Below are positions 39,108 to 49,848 of a DNA stretch of 64,000 nt, one piece after another. Below the pieces are notes generated by a model that saw only the letters and a list, made by a program, of their open reading frames with translations, was not told the origin of the DNA and did no database searches. The stretch is from Chloroflexota bacterium (GTDB lineage Bacteria; Chloroflexota; UBA11872; VXOZ01), in the NCBI GenBank assembly GCA_965221905.1, contig OZ244922.1, forward strand, positions 2,176,001-2,240,000, read 5' to 3'. Each line of letters opens with the position of its first letter. The stretch's first letter is position 1. The translations under genes were made by a program, and so were the position numbers.

Positions 39108-39671
39108 CTAAGTCACCTTTTGGTTACTTGTGGTGGCGCCGTTATCCTTAGCGCGCCGCACATTGGGTTTAGGACTCAGGTACGTCGAGAGTTGGTTGCC
39201 CTCCATGATAGGCCTGCGCTCCACAACTGCGACTTCCTCAAGCTGCTCGAGAACAGAGCGCAACACATCATGGCCGTGCTCTGGGTGCGCCATCTGTCTC
39301 CGTAAGAATCGGACAAATGCCTTTACTTTGTGACCCTCTTCCAAGAACCTGTTTATGCGGGCCACACGATAGTCGATATCGTGCCGGTCCATCACAGGGC
39401 TGAATCGCACTTCCTTCAAAGTGGAAGCGGCACGATTCTTGCGTGAGTTGCGTTCTTCCCTGGTCTGACGGTACTTATACTTCCCGTAGTCCATGAGTCG
39501 ACAAACCGGTGGGGAAGCGTTCGGGGACACCTCGACTAAGTCCACCTCACGTTCTTGAGCAATTGCAAGTGCTTGCTCAAGTTCCAATATGCCGACTTGC
39601 TCTCCATTTTCATCAATAACGCGAACTACTCGTGCCCGAATTTCGCGATTATTGCGCGCCTCTTTGACTAT
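39108..39671 (-). CDS. infC: Translation initiation factor IF-3 with a non-canonical ATA start
   Basis: AGGAGGG, 7 nt, ATA; NREIRARVVRVIDENGEQVG, DLVEVSPNASPPVCRLMDYGKYKY. Confidence 0.96.
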   Translation of the reverse strand: MVKEARNNREIRARVVRVIDENGEQVGILELEQALAIAQEREVDLVEVSPNASPPVCRLMDYGKYKYRQTREERNSRKNRAASTLKEVRFSPVMDRHDIDYRVARINRFLEEGHKVKAFVRFLRRQMAHPEHGHDVLRSVLEQLEEVAVVERRPIMEGNQLSTYLSPKPNVRRAKDNGATTSNQKVT

Positions 39672-39745
39672 AGGTCATCCCTCCTACATGCTTGCATGAA
39701 GTCACTATTCACTCGCTGGACTATACCATATGAATATGCCGAGAA

Positions 39746-40867
39746 TCAAGACCCATCCAGCATTGGCACACGCGAATCGATCTCATCGCCTGCTCCTGCC
39801 GTTTGGCGTGCGCTCAGACTTGGCCGATTTAGAAGCGTCCTATTCTGTGTCGCGGAAAGATGATCGCGCGCGTTGCCCTTTCGAACCTGCATTTGGGCCA
39901 AGTCTCGGGCCCTTATGGCAAGCGAACGTTTGAGAACTAGATCGCAACCCGAACTGGAAAAGCCATAGACTGCAAACGCCCGATGAACATCTGTGGCGTA
40001 TGCAGGCACTCTGGACCGGATTAGACTACTGCCTTGTTCTCCGGCATGTTCCAAGGCGGTAGCAAGCAAGTTACTAGCTAGATCGCTGTTGCCGGGCGCC
40101 ACGCCTAATTGGATCCGCAGTTCGCCACTCTTGCCCGGAGTTTCCGTCAGCCAGCCCACCAATCCTTCCGCGTCCTCCACAACCCAGCGGGCTGCTTTCA
40201 AAGACAACCGCGACGAGCTACGCCGCAACTGCCAGTCCCGCGAGGTACGTCCTTCCGCAAGGCGCACAATCTGAGGAGTAGTGCGCAGATAAAGTTGGTG
40301 CAGCGACCATGCATCACCCCTCTCCTGCTTGCGCAGCCCCCGCAACTTGGGTGCCGTCACCGAGAACGGAGATGAGCGCACATATGTATCTTCCTGCATT
40401 GTAATAGCGAAACCCGCTCTGCGGAATGTCGGCACTAACCAACTCTCCTCCGGCACCCTTACTACAACACCCGTCTTGCGCTTTGCCCCGGCAAGGCGGC
40501 AGATTTCGTCGAGTAGCGCGAGCAGTCGTGCTAAAAAAAGGTTAGATTCTGCTGACGCTTCACAACGCGACTCTGCAAGTACCAAGTGCATGATTTCCCA
40601 CTGATCGCGGCCGGATTGTCGCGCCATTTGCGCCATTGCAACTGCCTGTCGTCCCTCCCAAACCGCCGCAGCACAAGAATCACGCAGAGCCATACCAAAC
40701 AACAGTCCCATCGTCGGCGACCAAGGGGAGTCGGCAGTTACAAGAGATTCGCCGGCGCTGCATTGCAGTCGCAAGACCCCCAAAAACTGAAGGGCATCCT
40801 GCCGTTTGACTGCGCCTGTCTGAACCACTTTACCTCGCGCCATGCCGCAGAGCTTGCCGGCACTCAC
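39746..40867 (-). CDS. Hypothetical protein, probable degenerate tandem GNAT fold
   Basis: Two GNAT-like halves ending FRRAGF and FAVYGF; lies in the pdxS-pdxT-ORF-infC run. Confidence 0.6.
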   Translation of the reverse strand: MSAGKLCGMARGKVVQTGAVKRQDALQFLGVLRLQCSAGESLVTADSPWSPTMGLLFGMALRDSCAAAVWEGRQAVAMAQMARQSGRDQWEIMHLVLAESRCEASAESNLFLARLLALLDEICRLAGAKRKTGVVVRVPEESWLVPTFRRAGFAITMQEDTYVRSSPFSVTAPKLRGLRKQERGDAWSLHQLYLRTTPQIVRLAEGRTSRDWQLRRSSSRLSLKAARWVVEDAEGLVGWLTETPGKSGELRIQLGVAPGNSDLASNLLATALEHAGEQGSSLIRSRVPAYATDVHRAFAVYGFSSSGCDLVLKRSLAIRARDLAQMQVRKGNARDHLSATQNRTLLNRPSLSARQTAGAGDEIDSRVPMLDGS

Positions 40868-40912
40868 TTGCGCTCCGCATCAGGCCAAGACAGAAAACAC
40901 TGAGGTTCCATC

Positions 40913-41515
40913 TTAGGCGTTCACTCGAGAGCACAGTGTGAGGAAATACTGATGCAACCGCCGGTCACCCACGATCTCCGGGTGAAAAGCTGTTGCAAGC
41001 ATCAAATCCTGTTGAATAGCAACAATACAATCGTTAGAAGGCAAACGACCCAGCACTGCTACGTTTGGTCCAATCGATTCAACCATGGGCGCACGAATGA
41101 AAACTGCGGGAAACGGCCCACCATCTATACATTCAATGGGAACGTCGGCCTCAAAACTGTTTATCTGACTGCCAAAGGCGTTGCGCAGTATGCGGGAATC
41201 CATGACACCGAGCAATGGTTGTGCACTTTCGCCGATGTCATTTGCAAGCAGTATCATCCCGGCGCAAGTACCCCAGACCGCCATTTTCTCCGCAAGGATA
41301 CGGTGCCGAATAGGCTCCAATAAATCGAATATCACCATCAGCTTGCCAATGGTAGTGCTCTCGCCACCAGGGATGATGAGCCCTTGTAGGTCTTCAAGGT
41401 CCTTTGGCAACTTTACTTGCTCAGCGTCTATGCCCAATTCGCGCAGCGCATCGACGTGCTCGCGAACGTCGCCCTGGACCGCCAGCACGCCGACGTTCAT
41501 CTCGTTCTCTACCAC
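40913..41515 (-). CDS. pdxT: PLP synthase glutaminase subunit
   Basis: GVLAVQG, PGGESTT, GTCAGMI, FIRAP, FHPE. Confidence 0.97.
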   Translation of the reverse strand: MVENEMNVGVLAVQGDVREHVDALRELGIDAEQVKLPKDLEDLQGLIIPGGESTTIGKLMVIFDLLEPIRHRILAEKMAVWGTCAGMILLANDIGESAQPLLGVMDSRILRNAFGSQINSFEADVPIECIDGGPFPAVFIRAPMVESIGPNVAVLGRLPSNDCIVAIQQDLMLATAFHPEIVGDRRLHQYFLTLCSRVNA

Positions 41516-42390
41516 CCTCGAACCGCAAGCAGTTCCTCTTTGGGCATAGAACGCACGTCAATGCCGGACATCGGTTCACCCAGACCCCGAGAGACGTCGG
41601 CAACAATCTGAGGATCCTGGTAATGAGTGGTCGCCTTTACGATAGCGGCGGCCCGAATTGCCGGGTCTTCAGACTTGAAAATACCTGAACCCACAAAGTT
41701 ACCATCGCAACCAAGTTGCATCATGAGGGCCGCATCGGCAGGTGTGGCGATGCCACCGGCGGAAAAATTGACGACAGGCAATGCGCCGCGTTCCGCTACT
41801 TCCACCACAAGCCCAAAAGGAGCGCCAAGTCCCTTGGCCTCCGCCATGAGCTCTTCCGGACGCATATTTTGCAATCGGCGAATTGCGCCGTTGACAGCGC
41901 GAATGTGGCGCACTGCTTCCACAACGTTGCCGGTGCCAGCCTCGCCTTTCGTCCGAATCATGGCCGCACCTTCGCCAAGGCGCCTCAGGGCCTCGCCCAG
42001 GTCTCGTGCACCGCACACAAAAGGAATAGTAAATGCGCTCTTATCAATATGATGTTCTTCATCAGCGGGTGTAAGCACTTCCGACTCGTCAACGTAGTCA
42101 ATTCCCAATGCTTCCAGCACTTGCGCTTCGACGAAGTGACCGATTCGGCATTTCGCCATAACAGGAATCGTAACCGAATTCTTGATCTGCGTGACGAGTT
42201 CGGGGTCTGACATGCGCGCCACGCCGCCTTGCGTACGGATATCTGACGGCACTCTTTCGAGCGCCATTACGGCTACCGCGCCAGCATCCTCGGCGATCCT
42301 GGCTTGCTCCGGCGTGACGACATCCATAATGACACCGCCTTTAAGCATCTGTGCCATACCGGTATTGACACGCCATGTACCCTTTTCCAT
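41509..42390 (-). CDS. pdxS: PLP synthase lyase subunit
   Basis: [41 protein letters not shown]. Confidence 0.98.
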   Translation of the reverse strand: MEKGTWRVNTGMAQMLKGGVIMDVVTPEQARIAEDAGAVAVMALERVPSDIRTQGGVARMSDPELVTQIKNSVTIPVMAKCRIGHFVEAQVLEALGIDYVDESEVLTPADEEHHIDKSAFTIPFVCGARDLGEALRRLGEGAAMIRTKGEAGTGNVVEAVRHIRAVNGAIRRLQNMRPEELMAEAKGLGAPFGLVVEVAERGALPVVNFSAGGIATPADAALMMQLGCDGNFVGSGIFKSEDPAIRAAAIVKATTHYQDPQIVADVSRGLGEPMSGIDVRSMPKEELLAVRGW

Positions 42391-42642
42391 ATAGTGCCTG
42401 CCTCTAGGTTGCTACACCTCACCCGATCTCCCATTATTTCATGTTTCATCTTACCTAGCAAAGCCCGCCTCGGCAAGAGGGTACCACTATATCCGACCAC
42501 ATCCTTCAGTCAACTGCCCACAGTAGCACTCCTACTTTAGGCGATTAGCCGTCTACAGTTTGAAAGACCGTGCGAAACTTGCTATCATGATGCGCCAGAA
42601 GTACGATTGTACAGGTGCGAACTTGATCAGAAGGGGTGTCCC

Positions 42643-44670
42643 GTGCCAGTGCTGACCGTACAGACCGGCCAAGCTGCGATTGTTGATAATCAACGTCGAA
42701 CCAGCAGCCCATGGGCACATACTTTCCAAGACACCTCGACGGACGTCGATAGGGGCTCCCTCTATCTAAATATGGAGGGGCTCAGCGCCGAATCAGCGGG
42801 GACAATCGCGGCGGAAGTTGCGCAGCATTATTTCGATAACGCGTCCTTGACCCCGGAAACCGCCCTTCTGCGCAGCGTCCGCCATGCCTACCACTATATC
42901 TACGATGCCCGCTTAGAGAGCTCCCTTTCCGATATCGGCCTTACTGCCGTCGTGGTGCGCGATGGGCGTGCTTCCATTGCTCAAGTACTGCCCACTCAGT
43001 TTTACCTGATACAAGAAGAAGAACTCACCGCTTTGCCCGACGCGGATGAACGACTAGCCGGACAGGAAGCCAGGCCGCAGCAAGAGGATCGTCATGCGCA
43101 ATGGAATCCTCCTGTTGGGTTGTTTCGCGCCACACCCTTCGCCAACGACGTTGCTGTGCTTTGTACGGACAACATCGGTACCGTGCTAAGCGACAAGGAA
43201 ATCGAAGATATCCTCATCGACGGCAAGCCTCAGTCAGTTGCGGAGAGCTTGGTTGATACTGCGAGAAAGCGCGGCGAAAGAGATGCCTCGGTCTTGGTGC
43301 TGCGCTTCGCCACCGCCAATGAGACCGCTAGACTACCCAAATCAACACGTGAAGAAGAACCCACGGAAAACATCGCTCCGGCGGTGAGAGAGACGAGAGC
43401 ACAGCCGCAAGGCAATGTGGCAACAGCGATTGTAGGCCTTGTTTTAGCCCTGCTGGTGATGACGTGGTCTCTCATTGCGTCGCTATTTCGGCCGCGCAGC
43501 CAATTAAGTGGTCAGACGACCGTTCCTTCTTCCAACCTAGCAACGCAGTCTACTATCGTGACACGCAGAGCGGCAGGGGAAGCGCAAAGGCAAAGGATGA
43601 ATAGAGTTGCTGCCGGCATTGTAGTGCTGCTTGTATTGGTTCTCCTTGTCATAGGGGCAAACGTTCTCTTTGGGGGCGAAGACACCTCAGGTAGTTTGGC
43701 GGAAGAACTGCCTACAACACCCCAAACGCAAGAAGAACCAAAGGTGACCCCTGGCCCCACCGATGCGGCAACACCTCCTCCGGCTGACGACACAGCTCCA
43801 GCGACCCCAAACCGCGTATCGGAATCTGATCCGGCTAGTACATATATCGACGAATTGCAGGAGCTTGTTCAGTTTGTGCCCGGCCAACAACCTGATGAAA
43901 TCTACGGCTTGAGTAACACCATGTATGTTCTCGATCGGTCCACCGGAGCCGTTTACCGCATCGAAACAACGGGGGAAAGTGAAGTCATTTACCAACCTCA
44001 GTCCGAGGGCTTGTCGGGAAGTGCCGCGCAGCACGTTACCGGAAGAGCGGACGTAATTCAAATCATAGACAGCGACAATCGACTCTATCAGGTGAGCAAC
44101 GGCGAAACGCCGCAGGTTGTGCAAATTCCCACTGGCACTATCCAGCAGCCGAGGGCTAGCGCAACCTACGATCAGAACTTCTACCTCCTAGACGCAGGCG
44201 CCAACGATGTTCTGCGTTTTCGTCCTGTGGGTAGTGATGTCTACGGTGAGCCCGAAGGATACTTCGGCATAAATAGTGGTGTAGACCTATCGGAAGCCAC
44301 TGATCTCGCTATCGATGGATCGGTCTTTATCATGTTCAGTGACGGCGCCATATATCGCTACGCCTCAAGCAGAAAAGCTGAGTTTGACCTGGTAACTCTC
44401 CCGTCGCCTTTAGGCACGCCCGGTGCTATATTCATCAGCCAAGGGATGGGTTCCCTGTACATTCTCGACGGTGAGAACGATCGTGTTGTTCAAGTTACAA
44501 CTGAAGGCGTTTATCAACGACAGCTCTTGGCGCCAAAAGGCCTCTTTGCTAATGCTATTGACTTGTATGTCAATCGGGGCGAAACATATCTCTGGATCGT
44601 CGGACCATTAGGGGTAACGCGGGTTCCGCTCCCAGAGCTTCCCCCGGATGCGCCTCGATCGTCTGCATGA
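42643..44670 (+). CDS. Membrane protein: degenerate PP2C-like domain, membrane segment(s), NHL-like beta-propeller
   Basis: PP2C-like pattern (LCTD, GERDASVLVL); two hydrophobic segments; Pro/Thr linker; blades MYVLD, FYLLD, LAIDGSVFI, LYILD. Confidence 0.75.
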   Translation: MPVLTVQTGQAAIVDNQRRTSSPWAHTFQDTSTDVDRGSLYLNMEGLSAESAGTIAAEVAQHYFDNASLTPETALLRSVRHAYHYIYDARLESSLSDIGLTAVVVRDGRASIAQVLPTQFYLIQEEELTALPDADERLAGQEARPQQEDRHAQWNPPVGLFRATPFANDVAVLCTDNIGTVLSDKEIEDILIDGKPQSVAESLVDTARKRGERDASVLVLRFATANETARLPKSTREEEPTENIAPAVRETRAQPQGNVATAIVGLVLALLVMTWSLIASLFRPRSQLSGQTTVPSSNLATQSTIVTRRAAGEAQRQRMNRVAAGIVVLLVLVLLVIGANVLFGGEDTSGSLAEELPTTPQTQEEPKVTPGPTDAATPPPADDTAPATPNRVSESDPASTYIDELQELVQFVPGQQPDEIYGLSNTMYVLDRSTGAVYRIETTGESEVIYQPQSEGLSGSAAQHVTGRADVIQIIDSDNRLYQVSNGETPQVVQIPTGTIQQPRASATYDQNFYLLDAGANDVLRFRPVGSDVYGEPEGYFGINSGVDLSEATDLAIDGSVFIMFSDGAIYRYASSRKAEFDLVTLPSPLGTPGAIFISQGMGSLYILDGENDRVVQVTTEGVYQRQLLAPKGLFANAIDLYVNRGETYLWIVGPLGVTRVPLPELPPDAPRSSA

Positions 44671-44891
44671 TCCAACGTCGATAGTCGTTGAATTCAAGGC
44701 CATCTAGGCTTCAGAAGGTCTGGCGATACCCTTCTCACCCATTGCTCGGTGCGTTCGCTCCCCTGACGTACCGTGGGAATTCGAGAGACCCGCCTGAGGC
44801 GCCTCGGTAAGTTGGCAGCAAATTAGATCTACACACAGGCAAGCATTGCTCGCTTGGGTCACCGTTAAGCCTCCTTTGAAGGAAGTTCACT

Positions 44892-46169
44892 ATGTTCTAT
44901 GATGAGGCGCGCATCTTTGTTAGAGGCGGGAAGGGCGGCAACGGCATGGCCCACTTTCATCGCGAGAAGTTCCAACCGCGCGGCGGCCCGGATGGGGGCG
45001 ATGGCGGGCGTGGCGGCAGCGTTCACCTTGTCGTCGATCCCAGCCTGAATAGCTTGCTCTTCTTGAATCGCACACATCGCTATGTCGCGGAGCCCGGAAA
45101 GCCGGGCGGCACAAACAAGAAACAGGGCGCCTCCGGCAATGATGTCCAGGCAATGGTTCCGCCGGGCACTGTCGTGAGCGACGCTACCTCCGGTCAGGTA
45201 ATCGCGGACTTGCGGAACGCAGGCGACCGGATGCTGGCTGCCCGGGGTGGTCGGGGCGGACTTGGCAACGTGCACTTTACTACCTCAACTCGACAAGCGC
45301 CGAACTTTGCCCAAAAAGGCGAGCCGCCGGTAGAGCGCTTGCTCGACCTCGAGCTGCAACTGATTGCCGATATTGGCATCGTTGGACTGCCAAACGCCGG
45401 AAAGTCGTCACTCTTGGCGCGAATTAGTGCGGCACGTCCCAAGGTGGCTGAGTACCCATTCACCACGTTGCAACCGGAGCTCGGCGTGGTGCAGCGGGGC
45501 AATGCTACGTTGGTGTTTGCCGATATTCCCGGTCTCATCGCCGGCGCCCATGCCGGCGCCGGCTTGGGACACACCTTTCTGCGTCACATCCGCCGGACCC
45601 GCCTGCTGCTGCACCTGGTCGACTGTGCCTCGCTTGAAGAGCACGACCCGGTTGAGGTATTTCACCAGGTGAACGATGAGCTCAGGCAGTTTGATTCAAC
45701 GTTGCTGGACAAACCGCAAATCGTTGCCCTCAATAAACTCGACGTTACCGAGGCCCGTGAGCGGTTTGAAATTGCGAAACCGGCTATCGAATCTGAGGGC
45801 TATGACGTGGTCGGCATTTCTGCGGTTAGCGGAAAAGGCATTGATGAGCTTCTCGGTAAGGTGTTCCATACTTACGAGGCGTCGCCGACTACCCGCGAGG
45901 AAGTCGTTTCGGTCATTGTCCCCGAGGTAGCAATTCCTGTCTCCGACGATTTTGCCGTCGCACGCCGCGGCGAACGCTTTGTCGTGAGCGGCAAAGCCGC
46001 GGTGCGCTTAGCCGCGATGGCCGATCTCTCTAAGTTGGATGGTTTGCTCTACTTCCAGCAACGGCTGGACCGCATGGGCATCACGGCGGCATTGGAGAAA
46101 GCCGGTGCGCAAGCCGGCAGTACGGTGGTCATCGGCCCTCTGGAATTGGAGTGGCAGGCCGAGCCGTAG
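44892..46169 (+). CDS. obgE: GTPase ObgE with C-terminal OCT domain
   Basis: GGKGGNG, GGPDGGDGG, GLPNAGKS, YPFTT, DIPG, NKLD. Confidence 0.98.
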   Translation: MFYDEARIFVRGGKGGNGMAHFHREKFQPRGGPDGGDGGRGGSVHLVVDPSLNSLLFLNRTHRYVAEPGKPGGTNKKQGASGNDVQAMVPPGTVVSDATSGQVIADLRNAGDRMLAARGGRGGLGNVHFTTSTRQAPNFAQKGEPPVERLLDLELQLIADIGIVGLPNAGKSSLLARISAARPKVAEYPFTTLQPELGVVQRGNATLVFADIPGLIAGAHAGAGLGHTFLRHIRRTRLLLHLVDCASLEEHDPVEVFHQVNDELRQFDSTLLDKPQIVALNKLDVTEARERFEIAKPAIESEGYDVVGISAVSGKGIDELLGKVFHTYEASPTTREEVVSVIVPEVAIPVSDDFAVARRGERFVVSGKAAVRLAAMADLSKLDGLLYFQQRLDRMGITAALEKAGAQAGSTVVIGPLELEWQAEP

Positions 46170-46447
46170 GGCAATTGCACTTTTGCAGTTGCAGACTCTT
46201 TCAAGGCGTGAGTCGCCACGGCAACCGGGCCCATTTCATGCACCTACGAGGGTGCGAGTGATCCAGAGCCAACTCTAGTAACCGTTTTATTATCTATTGA
46301 CGCCTGCGACCTCTTTCCCCGCATGCAACGCCGCACTCTTGTAGAAGTATTGCTCTGCACCTACAATAGATAACAGAATACATGCAACTTCGTTAATCAG
46401 GCTGCTTAAAATGCTTCTTGCAGTTTTGCAGCAAGGAAGGATCACCG

Positions 46448-46834
46448 ATGCCAAATGACCTCGATAGAAGGAAAGTAGTAATCCTGGAAGACGACCCGGA
46501 ACTCATCGATGCGATCGAGCGCCGGTTGCGCGACTACGGTTACCAATCGATTCTTGTGCGGCAGACGAGAAACATCATACAGTTTCTCAAGGCGGAGAAG
46601 CCGCAGACGATGATAATGGACGTGGCCCTGCCTGACGCAGACGGCATCACGCTGCTGCAGGAAATCAAGGCTGACTGGGAAGCCAAGAAGACACACGTCA
46701 TCGTCATGTCGAACTACTCGACACGGGTTAATTACAAGGTCCGCGACCATGTAGACGTGATCTTACAAAAGCCCTTTGACGTCGAGACTCTGTTGGAGTG
46801 CGTGCATCTCGTGGCCGCCATGGGCGACAAGTAG
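46448..46834 (+). CDS. Single-domain response regulator
   Basis: LEDD, MDVALPDADG, MS, QKPF; ATG after GGAAGGA. Confidence 0.92.
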   Translation: MPNDLDRRKVVILEDDPELIDAIERRLRDYGYQSILVRQTRNIIQFLKAEKPQTMIMDVALPDADGITLLQEIKADWEAKKTHVIVMSNYSTRVNYKVRDHVDVILQKPFDVETLLECVHLVAAMGDK

Positions 46835-46942
46835 GCCGCGAGCGACGTTCCACTTCCCACATTGACCGTGTTAGGCCGTTGCAGCTACTGGCGATATGCA
46901 GATAGTTGCAACGTTCTTGCACTTAACTGGGGTAATCGGCGC

Positions 46943-47938
46943 TTACGCATTGCAAGACGCGGACAATAGTCTCTTTATCTCCGCAGATCGCTTTCCGTGC
47001 ATGCGCAAGAACGCATCAACGCTTGCCTGCCGCGGCGCGCCGTCAATCGGACCGGTCACTGTCACCGACAAGGCACCCGCCGCGTTTGCCCATAGCGCGG
47101 CCGTTTCGAGCAACGCTCCACGCTGCAGCGCCCATAGAAATGCGGCATCGAAGGTATCGCCGGCCCCGGTGGCGTCAACTTCCTCAACTGGGAATGAGGG
47201 CACCGATACTGTCCCACTTTGGCTGAAAACGGTGCAACCGTCCGGGCCTTGCTTGAGCACCACGGCCTCATTGTGGGGCGCTTCACGCAAAACAGCGCAC
47301 GCGGCCCCAGGGGTTGTTGTTCCCGTAATCAACTGCGCCTCCTCGCCGCTTGGGAAGACAATGCTTGCCACGTCGAGGATAGGGCCGACCAGAGCGCGGA
47401 TTTGCTCCGGGTCGGCGAGCTCTGCCCGGATGTTTGGGTCCAGACTCACACGCCCGCCGGCTTCACGAACGAGCCTCGCGACCAATTTGCAATACTCCCA
47501 CCAGGCGTCATTCATGGCGAGACAGGAGCCGTTGACGTGAACCCAGGCGACCTGCTTCAGGACCTCGGCTGCCGGCAACGGCGGGGGCAGGCCTGCCGCT
47601 CCATTCCGCATGTGGAAGAAGAACGACCGCGTTCCATCGGGGTGATTGACGACGAAGGAAGCGGATGTGGGCAGTGCGCTTGAATGCGCGGTACCGCTAT
47701 AGTCAACACCTTCTTTCGCTAAGAACCCTGTAACCGCTTCGCCAAAGGCGTCACGGCCAACTGTGCCGAGAAACGTGCTGCGACCGCCAAGTCGGGCAAC
47801 TGCTGTAGCGAAAATCAGAGGTGCGCCGCTAGCAAAGGGCCCGCGATACGTGCCTTCTTGATCCAGTGGCGCATGGGGCCCCACCTGCACAAACTCGGCA
47901 AGCGCCTCTCCCATGCTCAATATCACGGTTCGCGGCAT
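46943..47938 (-). CDS. PfkB-family sugar kinase
   Basis: GEAL, SGAP, DPNIR, DATGAGDTF. Confidence 0.93.
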   Translation of the reverse strand: MPRTVILSMGEALAEFVQVGPHAPLDQEGTYRGPFASGAPLIFATAVARLGGRSTFLGTVGRDAFGEAVTGFLAKEGVDYSGTAHSSALPTSASFVVNHPDGTRSFFFHMRNGAAGLPPPLPAAEVLKQVAWVHVNGSCLAMNDAWWEYCKLVARLVREAGGRVSLDPNIRAELADPEQIRALVGPILDVASIVFPSGEEAQLITGTTTPGAACAVLREAPHNEAVVLKQGPDGCTVFSQSGTVSVPSFPVEEVDATGAGDTFDAAFLWALQRGALLETAALWANAAGALSVTVTGPIDGAPRQASVDAFLRMHGKRSAEIKRLLSASCNA

Positions 47939-48010
47939 GGCAATTCTTCCCCAACTTCAGATCGACTAGCCTATGCACAGTATACTTGCAAAGCGTGGGA
48001 GCAAAATCCA

Positions 48011-48607
48011 GTGCAAGAGCATGACCTTCGTACTCCTAGAATTCAGGCCAAAGTGCCCTGCGAATTCTGGCGCGGTCCGGTGCTCGAGAAAGCTCGGAAC
48101 GCCTTGGGTATGGTGTTGGCACGCCGCGACGCGGAGATTACATTACGCGGGAGAATCGTCGAAGTCGAAGCCTACGGCGGCAGTGACGATCCCGCCAGCC
48201 ACGCCTACCGCCGCATGACCCCGCGCAATGCGGTGATGTTTGGTCCTGGCGGCGTTGCGTACATCTACTTCATCTACGGCATGCACCACTGCCTTAACAT
48301 CGTAACCGGAAACAAGCACGAGGCAGCGGCGATACTCGTGCGCGCCCTCGAACCGCTTGAGAACATATCCGACCGCACCGACGGCCCGGCACGGCTTTGC
48401 GCTGCGCTCAACATCGACCGGCAATTCAATGGCGTTGCCTTAGACAGCGACAGTCTCTGGCTGGAACCGGGCGACTCGCCCCTGCCGGCACAAAGGCTTG
48501 TTTGTACCCCACGCGTCGGCATTAATCCAGATTCCCCCGCGGCTGCATGGCCGTGGCGATTTTCTATAGAGGATAGCCCACACGTCTCGAAGCGCTCTCG
48601 CCGTTAA
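48011..48607 (+). CDS. mpg: DNA-3-methyladenine glycosylase (MPG/AAG)
   Basis: GRIVEVEAY, DPASHA, YIYFIYGMHHCLN, GPARLC, RVGI; GTG start is an estimate. Confidence 0.93.
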   Translation: MQEHDLRTPRIQAKVPCEFWRGPVLEKARNALGMVLARRDAEITLRGRIVEVEAYGGSDDPASHAYRRMTPRNAVMFGPGGVAYIYFIYGMHHCLNIVTGNKHEAAAILVRALEPLENISDRTDGPARLCAALNIDRQFNGVALDSDSLWLEPGDSPLPAQRLVCTPRVGINPDSPAAAWPWRFSIEDSPHVSKRSRR

Positions 48608-48795
48608 GGACTTTGTCGGCATTAGGGCTGCTCTGGATCGAATTCTTATCCTCGTGCAGTCCAATTCCCTCCCCGTCCTAATTGCCGTTAGGAGCAAAGC
48701 TGCCACTATCGCACTTGCATCAAGCACGCTACACCCCTAGAATGTGGCGCAAGTAGCGTGATAGGTGCAGTTGTAGCAATGTCCCAAGGGAGCAA

Positions 48796-49848
48796 GTGAT
48801 GCCAGCCTACCGAGTTGGAATCGTGGGCTGTGGCGCGCGGTCGACGGCGCACGCCGCAGGATGGGTCGCAAACGACGGCGTGGCAATCGCCGCGGTCGCC
48901 GACCCAATACAAGAACGACGCGATACCTTGGGAGACAAGCACGGCGTAGCGCAAGCACAGCGATACCCGGACTTCAAGGACATGCTGGAACAAGCGCAAC
49001 TCGACTACATCTCCATTTCGACCAAGCCGGAACTACGGGAACCGGTTGTCGTGGCCGCAGTGGAGGCCGGCATCAAGGGCATCTTGTGCGAAAAGCCCAT
49101 GGCGCTAAGCCTTGGCGAAGCGCACCGCATCCACAGCGCCTGCGCCGAAAACCGCATCCCTTTGGTCATCAACCACCAGAAGCGTCACCTCACAGAGTGG
49201 CAGCGCCTTGCAACTATGTGCGCTCAGGGGGAACTCGGCACAATCGAGCGCATTGAGGCATCGTCCTATGGCAATCTAGCCAGCCAGGGCACGCACGTGC
49301 TGGACATGGTCTTGCAGTTTGGCGGCGACGTGCAGCCGCACTGGGCCATCGGACAGAGCGTCGGCTGGCGTGACTACGTTGGCGCCCATGCCGGCCCGCG
49401 CTACACGCTGGGACAGTATCGCTTTCCCAACGACATCACAGCCTACGTGCAGATGGGTGACGAAGCGCCCCAGTTGTTGGGTCGCGAGGACTCATGGATG
49501 CGCTTGCAACTGCGGGTGTGGGGCACGGAAGGCCGCGGTCAAGTTGATCTCCCCAACGGTACACGCGCCTGGCGAAAGGGCGAAACTGAACCAATCAGTT
49601 GGCCGGAGCGCTGGACCGATCCGCCAAACCTCGCCAGCGCTCAAGCGGGGCTCTCGCAGTCAGTCATCCGTGCCTCCGAAGACCCGAGCTACGATCCTCC
49701 CGCAGGTGGGATCCGGCCGCTCTACAGTTTCGAAATGCTTGAGGCGCTGTGTGCCTCAACAGAAACCCGTGAAATCGTTTCGTGGCCGCTGGCGGCATGG
49801 GATCACTCGCCAATGCAGAACCTCAAACCGGCAGACGCTCATGTTTGA
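48796..49848 (+). CDS. Gfo/Idh/MocA-family oxidoreductase
   Basis: VGIVGCG, CEKPMA, NHQKR, GTHVLD. Confidence 0.92.
   Translation: MMPAYRVGIVGCGARSTAHAAGWVANDGVAIAAVADPIQERRDTLGDKHGVAQAQRYPDFKDMLEQAQLDYISISTKPELREPVVVAAVEAGIKGILCEKPMALSLGEAHRIHSACAENRIPLVINHQKRHLTEWQRLATMCAQGELGTIERIEASSYGNLASQGTHVLDMVLQFGGDVQPHWAIGQSVGWRDYVGAHAGPRYTLGQYRFPNDITAYVQMGDEAPQLLGREDSWMRLQLRVWGTEGRGQVDLPNGTRAWRKGETEPISWPERWTDPPNLASAQAGLSQSVIRASEDPSYDPPAGGIRPLYSFEMLEALCASTETREIVSWPLAAWDHSPMQNLKPADAHV

Noticed and set aside
49319-49840. N-terminal extension of the 439-aa ORF
   Set aside because: It overlaps the Gfo gene in another frame; family similarity starts at ATG 49841
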